Shown: piece by piece, positions 12,001 through 27,000 of the stretch
Layout: the number at the start of each line of letters is the position of its first letter
Numbering within the stretch: the stretch's first letter is position 1
NCBI GenBank assembly: GCA_964612665.1
Contig: CAZTCI010000001.1
Span: 508,896 to 572,895 of the forward strand
Reading direction: 5' to 3'
Source: an uncultured Planctomycetales bacterium
GTDB lineage: Bacteria; Omnitrophota; Gorgyraeia; Zapsychrales; JAHFFX01
DNA length: 64,000 bases
The notes under the pieces: generated by a model
Told to the model about the DNA's origin: nothing
Database searches by the model: none
The model's input: the letters and a program-made list of their open reading frames with translations, nothing else
Position numbers and translations under genes: made by a program

Positions 12001-15000
12001 AACAGGGTGCATATAGCCGGGAGGTAACCATTGGGCCAAATCCTGCCACGTGGGAAGGATGAACAAATTCAACGCAGAATGAATAAATCCTCTTTTTAGC
12101 GATTGCAGTTTATCTAAAGAAACCTTCGAAGGGTCGGACAGCCATTGTTCATATTGCAGATAGTCATCTAATCGGGTGGCCAATTCATAACTCAAAATCT
12201 CCTCGACGCCAAACAAATGTCCTTTGGTACTACGGTTAAAATGGGTCGACACATACCACAGTTCGTCTTCTTTAAACCGGGCCACTCCTTCGACACCCGC
12301 AAAGATTTTCTTGCGTGCGGCCAGGAGATGGATCTCTTCTCTAAATAATTCATGCTCGGGATTGGTATGGTTTTCCCCGATTAAAAACAATCGCGGTGCG
12401 GATTCGGGTTTCAGGCGGACAGCGAGGAAAATTAATGTGCTCAATAAAAACGTCAGGTTTAAACTATTATCGAAACCATGGACGGCAATAAAGAAGCTCT
12501 TGAAATTTTCAGTCTTTTCCAATTTTCTTGACGACAATTCTTTATTGATCTTGTTGCGTTCTGATGACACATAGGCCAGGACAGCATCCAAAAATTTTCG
12601 ATGGATTGAATCTGTGGGTTTTACAATACGGCCATATTCCGCATATAACGATACAGCTTTATCAAAGGAAACTTCCCAACGGAAGCTGACAGTCTTTTGC
12701 CAAACAATGATTTGGCCCCGCCCGACAGATGACAAGAAGGCATTGGCTTTCTCGTCCGACGGGTTTTTCCGCGCCTGCAGCAAAACACACTCTCCATTAA
12801 ATGGAGGATAAAGAACCATCCGGTAAATAAAACCCAAATCACCCCCAAATTTTTGTTTCCTAAATAAATTTTCCAGTGCCTTGAAATGATGTTGTCGGTT
12901 GGAAATATCTCCCCCTCCTTTAGGAAGATATCCGGCAGCAGCATTAATCTTTGACCAAATTGCTTGAACGGCTTTTTGTTTGACATTAAATCTTTCCGCT
13001 ATCTGTTGATCACTTAGACCTTCAACGAAACCATATAAAATATTCAATTGTTTTTCCGTAAATACTGGTTTTGCCACATCGAATTTTGGAAACGGAGGCC
13101 TCCGGTCGACAAGTCCTAACTTTCTCGCTTTTTTGATAAGTTCCCTTCGCTCCGACGTCACAGCCAACACTTTATAAAGTCTCGAAATCTTTGAGCGTAT
13201 ATTGATTGCCGGTGAACTCAGCGCCTGGCCGATCTCAATCGTAGTATTTCCTTTATTAAGCAATCTTAAGATATGAAGTTCAAGCTCACTTAGGATGAAC
13301 GCATGTTTTTTTGCGAAAAGTTGTTTAGGTTTAACCAGCCGCTCAGACGATCCGAAAATCGCCACGCGGTATTCTTCATGCTGATTGAAAAATTTCCAAA
13401 GAAGATAAGGGTAATCATTATTAAAGTCGCGGGGTCCGCTTTTAATTTCCAGATTTAAAAGTTGATGAATTTGGCTCCTTGACTTGCGGATGGTTTCGGA
13501 CCCTGTCTCAAGCTGAGCGGCAATGTCCTTGTCATTTAATCCAGCATAAAGGCCTTTTAGAATGGCTATGTGTCGCGAAGAGAGTTCTTCGACGGACGCA
13601 CAAGATTGAACGCTGCGCGCTATGGCCGCGAGGACAGCGACAAAGATAAAACTGAAATTGGATAAATAATCCGATGGATTTGTAAGGATAAAAAAGTTAT
13701 GCTCTCGCTGCAACCCTGGCAAAAGACTTTGATTATCTCTTTTACGAAAGACTTCAAAGGGTTGAACAAACATAAACTGCGCGCCCGCTGTTCCCCTGCT
13801 AGTTTTAAAAACTTCACTTTGCCTAATCTGATTATTCAACGCATCGAGCGCTTCTTTAAGCGGTTGCGAGGTAATCAAATCTTTCCAGCCTCTTAAGAAG
13901 CCTATCTGTTCGAGCGCGCCAAAGATCCATGGTTCTTCATCAAACACAATAATGGTATCACTAGACCTTAAATCCCTTAATGTATTAAGCAGCCTAACCA
14001 CGACTGGTTGATCGATCCAAAAAGTTCCTTTTAGAATAACAGTCACACTTTCTTGTCCAGCTCGACGTAGAAATTCGACAATATCATCCAGCGCGTTGTC
14101 GATGTGTAACGTTTCCTTAGGGTAAATTCTATTTAGCAAAATTTTTTCTGGCTCCATAAACTGATTCACGAATGATTGCAGCTCCTTATAAGCTCTTTGC
14201 CGGTCTTCATGGTCATAGAGCCGGTCAATTCCGAGGACCAATTGGGCCGGCAGCTCCGCCACAAAAATGTCAACGCCTATTGCGGGATAAATCCGATACG
14301 GTTTTAAGAGACCAACCGCCGCTAAGACTTCTAACTCTCGCCGCCAGGCCTCGGCCAATGGCCCATAATCAACGCTTCCCCGCGATGCCAACCGTCTGCC
14401 TTGTTCTTCAACTATCATGGAAATCGCTTGAATCTGCTGGAGAATTTCTTCTTCGGAAATTATTTTGCCTCCGGTCCGTCTTGTGCTCTTTCGTAACGCT
14501 CGAACCAAAAATATAACCAGCGCGCTAATTGAAATTAGAGCAGCTGCGGCATAAATAAAACCAGTATCAACTAACATCGACGATGATTCTGGATATTTCG
14601 CGTCATAAGTTTTCGCTAATTGATACAACGTCCGCTCTACACGGTCTTTAAGACGGAGGAATTGCCTTTCTGATAGGGTCAATGTCACCATTATCTCTGG
14701 CCAGGAGCATGTCAGAATATGATTATTATTGTTTTTCTCAGCGAAATCACTTTGGCTTGTATCACTGACCGCATCCATAAGGACTTCCAGTTCTAATAGC
14801 GCTTTGACAATTATCTGACTTGTTTCTTCACCTCGACGATAAACATCGGTCATATCTTGTTTGGTTGGCTCCAACCTTTCATCCGTTGAAGGTTCCGGAA
14901 CATTTTCAAGTTCCGTCTCAAAATCAAAAACTTGCTGCTCCAGTTCTCTTCCCTTCTTAACAGCCCAATCCAAGACCGACGCTTTATAAAACAAAAGTAC

Positions 15001-18000
15001 AAATTTCGGCCCGCGCAAATTATGCTTTAAAATATTTAAAATCCTTTCGGCTTCTTCTTGCATCTGGACATAAGAAATCTGGTCTTCATAAATCTGACCC
15101 ATGAGTATCTCAATCAGCTTTCGTTGATCTACATTTATTCTTTCCTCTCTCCAAATTCTCTCGAGGATTGAAGATGTTCCCGACAACTGGACAACCGGCA
15201 TCAGAGTCTCATAAAATTGAAACACCCTCTTTATCATTTCTGATATTTTTTCTGTTCTTTGTCCTTCATGCTGAGGCTTGAACCAAATATCGACTTCCGA
15301 CGTCACAATAAAATTCTTCATCTCTTCGTAATTGGTATTGATCTTTTCTCGAAAACTCTCAATCTTTTCTAATATAACGTTAAAGACTTTGTCCCACCCG
15401 ATTTCAGCTTCGGTTTTGTTTTCATCGGCCGATTTTGTGTCTCCCTCTCGATCCCCTGCTATGCCTTCCGAATGATTTTCAGTGACGATTACCACTATCA
15501 CTGCTCCCACCCACAACATAAAAGAAATGACCGAGAGATCTAAGAAGGAATGCTCATTGTTCCGGTTTCTGTTTCTGAAATTTCTCCTCCGGCCTGATGA
15601 ATTAAATCTTTCTGTCAACCGCCGTAGATCCTCTAAGTTTGCACTCATGCTCAAACCGTAGTCATTAAAAATATCTCTCAGCGTTTCGGTGACTTTGGAA
15701 ATTCCAGAAAAATCGACCTCTTGGCTCAATGAAAGCATTTCCAAGTTATATTGCCGCAGCCAGCCCTGAAATTCCGCGGGGGTGATTCCACGGGATTCCA
15801 AAGCCTCCCAAAGCCGGAGTAATACAATTCCCATTTCTTCGATTGTTTCCGATTGCTGCCGTTCTATTAAATATTCTCCGCTTGTCGCGGGTTCTGGCAA
15901 TCTTGCCGGTTTTTTTCTTGTTTTTTCCGGCCGGGGAATTCTATGGCGAGGAAAGGCATTGTAAACAGCGCGCTGTATATTTACGAGTTCAGTCACTCCG
16001 CTGCTGATGGCATTTTCAGCCGCATGCAATGCCTTTGTGAATTTACTCCGGCTGGAATTGAAAGACTCGAGGAGCCATGGAATAACTTGTTGGTTCAAAA
16101 TTTCTTCACCACGGCGTCTGGCTTCTTCGCTTAAATTAACCTGATGGGATAAAGAAATTCTCTTATTCATCCAGCGGTCTGCGACGACTAATCCTAAGAA
16201 TTTATATTCAGGATACTCATAAAGATAAACACTGTAACGCGGCTCGTCTTCATTCAATTCGACTAACCGGTATGACCTGCCTTCGCCCCGAAAATCTTCA
16301 TAAATTCCTTCACCCAAATCTCTCAAAGAAAACCAGACAAACTCTCCATCTCTAATCTTGAAGATATCCTCCAGCCATCTTCTTTCTTTTGTTATCTGAA
16401 CGAAATACTTTCCGGCCTGCAATTCTTTGGGGGTGGAATTTTGGGGATTAGGTTTCCGGCGTGTGACTAATGTAAACCACAGCCATTCACTCTGATCGCC
16501 GCGTGCCGTAACGATTTTGGCTTTCAGGGAAACATAACCTCGAGTTCCCCATGAATACCAAAGATCAGCGAATCCGCCTAAATACGCGTCTCCGACGTAA
16601 ATTTTATCTAAACGGTAAAGACCTGTAGATACTCTTGGGTCAACAGCTTCAATCCCTTGGCCTTTCTTAATAATCATGTCGAAACCCTTGCGGTGAAAAT
16701 CAGCGATGTCTTTTCTCACATGACTACTCCGCGCTTTAAGCAGCTTTTGTTGCTTTCCTTGAATGCCCCAATAGTGAAGAATCGGGGAACGTTGTAATTT
16801 TCCGCCGATATTTTCTTCAAACCATACCGCAACATACTCGGAATAAACTGAAGACCAGCGCAGCCCTAAGTTTCCATAACGCTTTCGGACTGTAAACGTC
16901 GAATATCTTTTTCCAAAGAGCGGAATCTTTCCGTCGGCGGTAGTTTTAACATTCTCAATCTTAAGCAATTCATATCCTTGGGCAGACCATCGCTGCGCCA
17001 GTTCAAGACTAATGACACTGTATTGGCCCAAATTTTTTTCACGTTGTCCTTCGCGTTTCGATCCTTTAACGACCAGAATTAAACGCTGTTGACGATCGAC
17101 CTCATGCAGCACCATTTCCTGCTTCACTCTTCTCCATAATTTTGTCCACAACCGTATCCAATCTCGACGGCGCGGATAAATCCGTCCAATTTCAATATCA
17201 TTAATAACTCTGGCACTAATGTCTGCCAAAAGGCCGGCGTCTTTTTGGGACATTCCTAATGACTCCCGCACGGCTTTTAATCTCTTCCCTGGTTCTTGAT
17301 AGAAGTGATCCAACAATATCTTCCAGTCTCGCACCCCCCATCTTACCCGTGCCCCTTTTTCTAATCCCTTAATTTTGAAAGGAGTGGTATTGGATAAGTC
17401 AGCGATTTTTTGCGGCGAGAGTTCTAATATATTCCTGAATAACTTTAACTCTCGTCGGGCTTCTTCATACATTGTATTCAACAATAATGCCAAATCATCG
17501 GCTTTCCATCTGGCATTCTTTGACTTTAAATCATTAATTCTATTTCTACTGATATGCGCAAGAGCCGCGAGTTCTTCTGGCGACATTCGCAAAGCTTCCC
17601 GCAATATCTTTAATTGCCGACCGGCCTCTTTATGCAGTTTATTCAATATAATATTCCAACGGTCAACACTCTCCCTAACATGACCATTCTCTAAAGCACT
17701 AATGCGTCTGGCCCTAACCTTGCTCAAAGCACCAACATCTTTTGCCGTCATTCTCAAAGACTTTCTTAATACCTTTAATTGCCGATGGGCCTCTTCATGC
17801 AGGTCCTCGAAGTTCCATAATTCCGATCGGGACATGTTGAGTAATTCTCTGGATCTCTCTAACAGTTCAATCGATTTTTTATCATCTTGCCCCTGTCTTT
17901 GGGAAGAAGCCGCCATGCCAAGAATCACTAAGGATAAAACGGAGTATACCATCCATAAATTGCTTATAATTTGAACAACCGTTAAGATAATAATCGTCGT

Positions 18001-21000
18001 CGGTAAAATGATCAAGATTTGGGCAGATGAGGTTTTGTCGCGATAAGTCTTTTCAAATTTTCTAAGTGATTTCTCGGTTTTAGAAAGGACGTCATTATAT
18101 GAAACAACCATGAAGACCGCTGCTGATACAAACATCAACAACGGCAAAACAAAATGCCCAGTTCCCCGGACACTTTCCCATCCGGTAAAGATCGGCACCA
18201 GAAAGGAATTTTCCACCTCAACATCGGAAGTTGAGGTCATTTTGCTCTGATTTTGCAGGATCCGAGCTATCCGGGAAAGATAGAGAACATAAATAACGCT
18301 TGCGAAACCAATAAGCAACGTGAACAATTCTCCATTGAAAGCAATCATTCCGAAACCAAACAACTTTGTACGATCTTCCATGAATGTTTTAAGGAAATCT
18401 CTCATCTTTTCTTGAATTTGAGATCGAAAGATATCCTGAACCCGGCGAGGCATAATATTCATACGGGTGCCCGCTTGTTTCCATGCTTCAAATTTTTCTT
18501 TGGTGAATTCTGCCATGAGCCATTGATCTTCTTCGATGGTCTTCAACATGCCACCTTTTTGGGGGTCAAACATTTCACCCAAAACTCTTGAAAAGTCATT
18601 CACATCAAAAGCGACCATGCGACCCAGCTTTCCATCATGAGAAAATGTCAGACCGTAATTTTCTCGCCAATTATGAAAATCGCGATCAACCAGTCCATAT
18701 GTCCAAATCCGACGCGTCAAATTCGAGAATTCGTTTTGAATGTGCCGAAGCTCCATTTGCAAAGCACTCACCTCATCCCACTGTTTATGTTTCTCAGAAA
18801 TCTTTATACGACGGGCAATGGCATCCAGCACTTCTCCAACGGGATGCACGCGTTCTTGAACAATCACATAAGGGAAACTGGTAAGTTTCTCATCCACGAC
18901 AATCGTCAAGTTATTTAAAATAGTCAACGTCATGGCAAAAAGATGGCCCAAATGTTCTTTAACCAATAGGTATCCAGGCAACACTTCTCTCTCGAAGTCC
19001 ACGTCGGCCTTCGGGACCTTGATAATAAGATTTGGAAACGCATAGGAGTAATATGCTTTCATCAGCCCGCCTTGGTCCAAATAATGAAAGGTATGACCTC
19101 GTAGAATACCTTCAACGGTGGTGATTCGAATGTGGTCAAGGTGTTCCTGTAAAACAGTATCCTCTATTCCCATTCTACGCCCCCATTGCATCAACCTTTC
19201 AGGCCAGCCCTCCATATAATTGTCCAATAGCGCTTCCAGAAGAGCATCTTTTAAATTGTTCCTGATCCGACGTGATATAGGTTGGAGGTGGCGTTGAATT
19301 AGTTTTTGATATAACCATCTGAGTATTAATATTAGAGTAACAGCAGTAACTGCGATCAACACCCCTACACGCCACCCATGCATCAGCTCGCTAGAAATAA
19401 GCTGGGCGTTGGATTTTTCCGTTGTTACATCAACCTGCGGGGCCGAAACAGATGAAAACATTTCATCCACCAGCCGTTTGGCTTCCTTGGCCGCATCCAT
19501 GCTTGAACTCATTTTTCCCGAAAAAATGGAAATCTCTCGCGGACTTAAATGCTGAACCGTCGTCGGCCGCGCCGCATTCTGAACCGAACTCACCAGAAAA
19601 TCTTTGAGGGTAAAGATCGAACCAATATGGATCGGATTGAAATCGTGGAAGAATCGATGAGCTTCTTCTTTGATTTGGTCAAATGCCGTCACCGTTGGAT
19701 TCCAGATGATATCGCGTCCCAGTAAATCTTTATACTCATCGGGAATTTCTGGAAATTTGCCAACGTTGAGATGATGAATCGAGTGCTTCACATGAGCGAT
19801 AAAGTGCGCATTATTGCCTAAAGGATTGATCCCGACAAACGGCCCGTCCATAATCAAAATACTTTTGCCCCGGAATGCCGGAGGAAGAAGGACGACAGGC
19901 AACTCAAAAACTTCGAATTGATAGTTTTGCTGATTGGCCGGTTCCGCAATGAACCGATTAATATCGCTGTAAACGGCGTAGACAACGGCATCATAGTTCT
20001 TTAATTTTTCCGGAGTTGCCTCCTGAATGAGCACCTGCACATTGAATTCCTTAAGTTTATCAACGGAGATCTCCGCCAGCTTGCGGATGTTCATAAAGTC
20101 TTCCCCAACAAGCAGCGATAATCCCACAGAATTTTGTTTTAACACCTCCGGATACTTTGTCTCGTAAGGCAAATTAAAACGATTTAATAAAGTCAAATAC
20201 TGCTCGGGCGTAACCGCGCTTCCTTCCGCGGCGATTGCATAGTATTGTTCCAAACTCAAAACCGCTTCACCGAAGACACTCAAAAAGCTTTCACGAGAAT
20301 TAATGACTTCTTGGACAGTTTCTGGACTGCGCGGGTGATGATAGCCGCGATGCAAGCGGCGATCCCAATTGCCGGACACGCCGCCGAAGAGTTTGTTGCG
20401 TTCATACAAAGTCACATCGTATCGAGAATCTTGAGCAATAAACCATGCGGCCGTGATCCCGAAGATTCCGCCTCCGATGACAGCGACTTTGCGTTTCGAT
20501 GGAGCAACAAACGCAGAACGGGACGCCGAAGGAGGTATCCCGGCATCGGCACTCAAATCGAAATCAAAGTATGGCTCCTCAAGCATGTCATCCAAATCGA
20601 TTCCCTCGAAGACCTCTCCCGAATTATCATTAGATTGAACAACTTTAGGATTCACGGGTTCTTCATCTTTCCAATTCCATCCGCCCGCTGCGATCTTTTC
20701 ATCAAACAACCGATGCGGATAACGCATAATGACCGCGTTGACGCCGGCGAATCCGCCCATGCCGTCGTGAACATCGTAACGGCCGCGGATGATGTATTCG
20801 CGATTCCAACGCACCGCTCCGTTTTTCTCGTGATAGCCTTGCGCCGCGTCGGGACTGTAGGTCAGCAATTCTTCCAGAGCATCGCGCCAGGCTTGCAAAG
20901 CTTGAATGTAAATGACCGCAGTGCCGATCCCGCCGACTTGCTTGCCTCGCACGCGATAATGATCGACCCGCGGATGTTTGGCCACAGCCAAGACCGATGG

Positions 21001-24000
21001 AATCGGCGCTCCGACGGAAAAATTAAATCTGACATTGCCATCGTTGTCCTGGATTCCTTCTCCAGCGAGCGTAAAGCGATTCGTCAGCGTCTGAACGTGT
21101 TCCAAAAATGTGCCTCGAAATTCCTGCGCGTCACCATGCTGAATCAAGTCGATCATCTCCGGCGTTAGTTTTTTCTGAATGCTCCAGATCACCGCGCCGA
21201 TGTAACGTCGAGTCACTGCCGAGCGAATCATTTTCCCATCGGCATCCAACGGGTGTTCGAAGACCTCCGCGACCACATGTCCCGTTGGGTGATTCAGAAT
21301 CATGGAACGAATTTGACGCGGACGGATCTGTTCGTAGGGCTGATTGACCCACGCGTCGTTATGAACCTGATAAAGTTCAAGGACATTCTCCAACGTCGGC
21401 CAGCGATACACAATCGTAATCCCCTGCTCCGGACGCTCCTCGCGCACGAACAGCGCCAGGTCGTCCAGCGGAATCTGCTCTATATTAGGAAAGAAGCGCT
21501 GCAGGGCATGATTCAATGTCGTGGGGATGTCTTGCCTTTGGAGCGCCAGCGGCGACGGAGCGGTGGACTCAAAATTCTTGATGCGGAATTGATAATATTC
21601 ATCTAAGGTGCTAAACCACGTTGAGAGCGGATGGCGATTGTTCTGGCGCCGAGCCGCTTCAAGAAGGCGGGAAGTTGAGCCAGAGAAGAACATCGTCGTC
21701 AAATGGCCGTTCAGATGGAGAGCTCTGGTATGAAGGATGGATACAACAAGGACTAAAATAATAGCCAAATTCAAAATCATCATCCATCCCCTGTCGTCAA
21801 AACCGTGGATGGCGAGGAAGTAGGTATGGGTGTTAGAATCGGCCGGACGAGTTACATAAGAACTCTGTCTAAGGACGGTCGCAATCAAAGCGAAGGCAAC
21901 GACAATGTATATATTAGAGAAGATACCTCGAACCTTTTTCTGATCTCCTCCGAACGCCTGCTCCATCGTTTTAGTCTCGAGACGGCCGGGATTGAATGGC
22001 GTCCGATCTTCCATCACTTTCCTTAGAATTCTCAACCGCCCGCCCAAGGCCAGTTCGCGGGATTGTCTGGCCGTAATGACATCCACATCCTGATCCGTAA
22101 ATCCGCGGGTTTGGAAATTGGAAATAGGATGCGCGTTAAAATTCTTGAGACGGGAATATTGTGCGTCGGTCAACCGGGCCTTGGCTTCATCCACATAACG
22201 GCCGGACGCAATCATTTGATCGGCTAATCCTTGAGGAGCAAAGACCCCGAATCGGGTCGGATGCTCCCAAACAACAATGATCACTCCCATTGGAAGACTC
22301 GCTAAAAATTCTTCTGTCCATCGCCGCGTCGATTCCAAGGGCGAAATGGTTCGATCGAGTTTGCGCGTTAGCCAAATATAAATATATTCATAAGCAAATT
22401 TTAAAAACACAACGTCCGCCGGCTTTATGTCTCGAACAAACGCTCTCATTTCATCTCTCGACATCAAATCACTCATATGATGATGAAGAGGCGCCAACTT
22501 TTCCAATCGCAGAATCGGATGACCGACGATCCCGACCAATTTTTCTTTCAGTCTTTTAAAACCCATCGTGATATCCCACTCACTCAGCCGATTGTCCACA
22601 GTTGTCATGGACGAAACATAATAACCGGCAAATAAATCAATCCCGGAAAGGATGTTGTGGAGTTGCGTATTGTTACGATTGAAGATCCCGATGGCGGAAA
22701 GGAGTTGTAATTGCAGGAAATAAATTCTGACTTTGATCGGAATCACGCTGTGTACGGTGAGCTGATCCTCACCGAGCCGAATCTGCTCTTCAATTTTACT
22801 GAGGATTTTTCGAACCGATTTTAGTGAATGGAGGAATTTAAATTTGAAAATGGAAACGACCATGAGTAACACGATGGCCAAATTCAAAATCATCATCCAT
22901 ACCCCGTCGTCAAAACCGTGAGTGCCGAGAAAATAGGCTTTGGTGTTGGAATTAGGAACCATGCACGGCATGTTCCACCCGATCATCATGTATCGGTTAA
23001 AAACAGCGATATCATGGTTCCCATCAGGTTTGACACCTCCAGTCATGTGTGTTATTCTTCCTTCACCGGAGGGGGACAACCAATGCATAAACGAAAGGAT
23101 AAAAACATGAACGCCATCAACATGACGGACATCGTCCGCAAGTCGATGCAAGAACTTGTTGTCCCTGAGTTGAAAATCTTGCAGGGTGATGTTCAGAGTC
23201 TCTAGAATGACAATCTTGAGATCAAGGCTGATCTTCGGATCCTCAATAACCGTGTCGACAATCTGGAAAAATCTTTGAACAGCCGGATGGATTCTCTCAA
23301 CAGCCGGATGGACTCCCTCGAGAAAAGGCTGGATAACTTGGATAAAAGGGTTGACGGCCTTGAAAGGCAAATTCATAGCATGCGCGAGGATTTTAAGCTC
23401 GCGCTCGATATTCATGAGCGGCTCACTGCGCTTGAAGTCAAAATTTCTCATCATAATTAGGCAGTGGTTTTGTTGACGAATCATCGCCGGGCCGATTTCC
23501 TCAAAGTTATATAAAGGAAATCGGCCCGTTGTTTTTTGGTTGCTGTATACGATTTTATAGAACGCCGTCACTGTCGAATCCCAGATCATATCGCGCCTAA
23601 GTAAGTCTTTATATCCCATCCCACCGGATTGACCATACCAAATGAAATAAACCAATGCCCATAAAACCAAGGCCACATCAATTCCAACCATGTATGATAA
23701 ATATGCCGATTGAACGCTGTTTTTATTTTGATCTGGCTCAAACGCAAACAAGCGCACGGACAGACGCGAATTCATATTCCTTAAAAGTTCATTTTGCTCA
23801 TTTATGATTTTTTCCAAATTCAACCGTCTCGCGATGGCCGCCGCGCCCACCAGTGCGACAATAACTTGGATCTCCCGTTGACCGGGCAGCCAGTTTTCCT
23901 GAAAATGCAGACGATTCATCTTCTTGATCAATTCTTTCTTCAAATTTAATTTTATTGATCGAATTTTGCCGGCCCGGGACGACAGAGGCACGTCAAAACT

Positions 24001-27000
24001 TTTGACTTCCACAAAAACTAATCGGTGGTTAGAGTCGATCAACACAGCGTCGATTTCGAACGACTTGTTTTCTCGATGGGGATCAGCGATTTCTTTATTC
24101 AAACTCACTACTTTGAAATGAAAATCCATCAGCAACTTGTGTACCGCCCGCAACTCATTGAGCGTGCCAAATCGTAACCCTTTTTTGATGCGGTAAAGAG
24201 CTTTCTCGATACCGTCCTCATTTAGGAATCTTTCCACCAACGAGGCCTCATTCACATTCAACGTCGGTTTCACCTCAGACCAAAGTTGTTGAATGTACGT
24301 TCGCCTGTCTTTCTGATGCTGTTTCCAAACCCGCTGATAAAATCCGCCATCAATCCATCCGTGCTCTAACGATAATCCCAGCCATCGCTCTTGTTTTTCC
24401 CACCGAGAAAAGATAAGCGGCTGGAAGAATTCTCGCGCCTGCAAAAAGGCCTGCACATCTTCATTGAGAAGCTCGTCGGAGTTCTTTAAAGGAGAAACAG
24501 CGCGGCTCAATTCATGCCGCAACAATAGCTTGAGCCATAACCGGCCGGTGCCAGGTTGCAATTTATTGAACATCTTCACAATCCTCTCGACCTGCCGGTG
24601 AATCAAAATGACGTGGTGTTGCGGATCATAGTCAGACATCAGGTCGATCAGTTCTCCCGTTGCTAATGGACACAGAATATGGTCTGCCCACAAAACCGTT
24701 GTAACCTTGGCCAAACGACTGTAATCCAAATTAAAGCTCTCAATGTCTTTAACAGCGATATCAAACCTTTCCGGAAAGTAAAACGCCTTCCCGTCGGAAA
24801 ACTTCAATGTAAAATGTTCTCGCCAGTTTCCTTCGGCCAATGAAACTCTCTGCGTATCTTCGTCGGTTGACGATGATAAGGCTTGTTGAATGTCGTTGAA
24901 CAACGCGTCCGTCGCTCGCAGCGACGGGCCTGATGGCGTCTTTAAATAAACCCCTTCACCTTCTTTAATCAACTCCGGCGCAACAGCCTCAGGCCATATC
25001 GCCCAGTGCCGATGAGACATCTGCACAGCCGCCGCAAGAGCGGCAGACATCAAAACAAGACTTACAATGCCAGCCCAATGCCAAACAATCATTACAACCG
25101 CCACAATTAAAATAATCCCCATGAATAAACTTTGATTTTGGTCTTCGTTCTTTTTATCGACGGATGCGCAGGATGCGTTATGACCGTTGCCATCCGCCAA
25201 AACCAATTTGTGCCGGCGCCAAAATTCATCGAGCTTCTCGGGATAGTTCACGACCGTTTTTACATCCAGCAGTGAGAATTCTTTGAATAAACTAAAGGCC
25301 ATATTGACCAATTGCTGTTCCGTGACTGGAAGTGACGGTTTATAAAAACTTAAAACCGCGTGTTTAAGCATCCCTTTTTTGCCGTCGGTCGCAAATCCGG
25401 ATTTTTTCTTCATATCCGTCAGCGCCTTGCGGATCGCCCAAATTAAATCCTGGTTGTTTTCAAAAGCCCTGGCTTCTTCCGTCGATATAAATACAGCCTC
25501 CTGAATAGGAACGATGATTGTTCCATCACCGTTCTCAAAAGGTCCTGTCAGTTTAAACAATTTCCGTTTTTGATCGACCTCATAAACCCTGGCCATCGCA
25601 TAAATATTCGTCATCACATAAATTGCCCATTGCCGGCTAATCAAATCTAAATCTTCCGCTGACAACCATAAATGAATAGGGAAAGACGGCTTATGTTCGT
25701 GGTAGCCCATCGAAATTTTATTGGGATTGCTTCTGCCTAGGATAGCGGCCGCTTGTTTATGGGTGATGCCGGGTAAAAAGGCTTTAATCAAACGGAAGCG
25801 CTCACGCATCCCCATCCATTTATCTAAGACCCTCAACGACGGCTGGCCGCTTGCAGCTCGTCGCTGGTTAATTTCCACCACCCAGTGTGCGATTGTTCGT
25901 TTAGGAATATTTGTCATCTGCGCGAGCTCTTCGGCCCAGGTGATGGTCAATTGTTCAGCCATGGATTCAACTAACTCTTGGCCCTGGGCATGTGTTGTTT
26001 GTGGACGTCTTTGTGATTGCTCAACCCATCGCTCTAAGAAAGCAGTATCCTCGGCGCTTAAGGTAATTTTTAAAATAGACAACAGGTTTTGGACAGCTTG
26101 CGGTTTCGGAATAGTAAAGCCTCTTTCCCATCGGTCGTATCTTGCTTTGCGGATTTCCATTCCGGGCATAGCATTGAGCATAAAGTCAAGCTGACGTCTC
26201 GATATAGTTTCGTCCTGGCGTTCTTTCTCGATGAGTTCGAAGACGCGTTTCAGGAAATCTCTGTATGCCGCATCCCGGGTCCACGGCAAGTTGCCGCGCG
26301 TCAATTCCACAACAGCCATTACCCAAAAGATACCAAGCCCGAGCAGTCTAACGCCCCAACCGCTCCCCAACGTCTCCCATCCAATCACCGCCTTCGCTTC
26401 ATGATCGGATTTTCTTTCATCGGAATCAACCGGCGAAATTGAAAAATGATTGGCGTTTATCGATGGGCCATTTTCAAAATCCAAATACTGAATAAACTGT
26501 TCAAATCGCTTCCAGAAAACAATGGTGACATCTATATTCTTCGTCGGATGATTGGCTTTGATAGTCCAGAATCCGAAGGCCGTGGTCCATTTCAATGACT
26601 CGATAATTTTAAAATCGCGGGACAAAACATGCTGCAAATGGTAGGCATCTTCCATAGAAAAATGCGCCATTTTTCCAAACTGATAAATGGGCCCTTCAAA
26701 CGGCAGATGGAATTCCCAATGTCCTTCGGAACTTTTCGGCAAATTCGCAAAAAGATCCGCCATTTGCGCACTCAAACATAAGCTATTATTACCGCCCACC
26801 ACAATAACATGGTGCGCGTAAGGCCATAGCTCGTCGGTTAAGTACTCTGATTTATAACCCGCATGACTTAAATAACTATCATCTCCGTTCAGATTCTCAC
26901 TGACATTTTCAAAAACGGCAGTGATCCTGGGATTCTCTAAAAGCTTATTGATAGACGAAGCGGCTGTCTTCAAAGGATCAAACTCTTCGTTAGTATGAAC

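Noticed and set aside
20245-21168. Longest ORF in the supplied track (307 aa, plus strand), which might be taken for a real gene.
   Set aside because: It lies in the plus frame that is the codon-aligned antisense of the giant minus ORF. That frame is frequently open by construction, and the translation is low-complexity and not protein-like. The minus strand here encodes a convincing FAD-Rossmann module (KVAVIGGGIFGITAAWF...).
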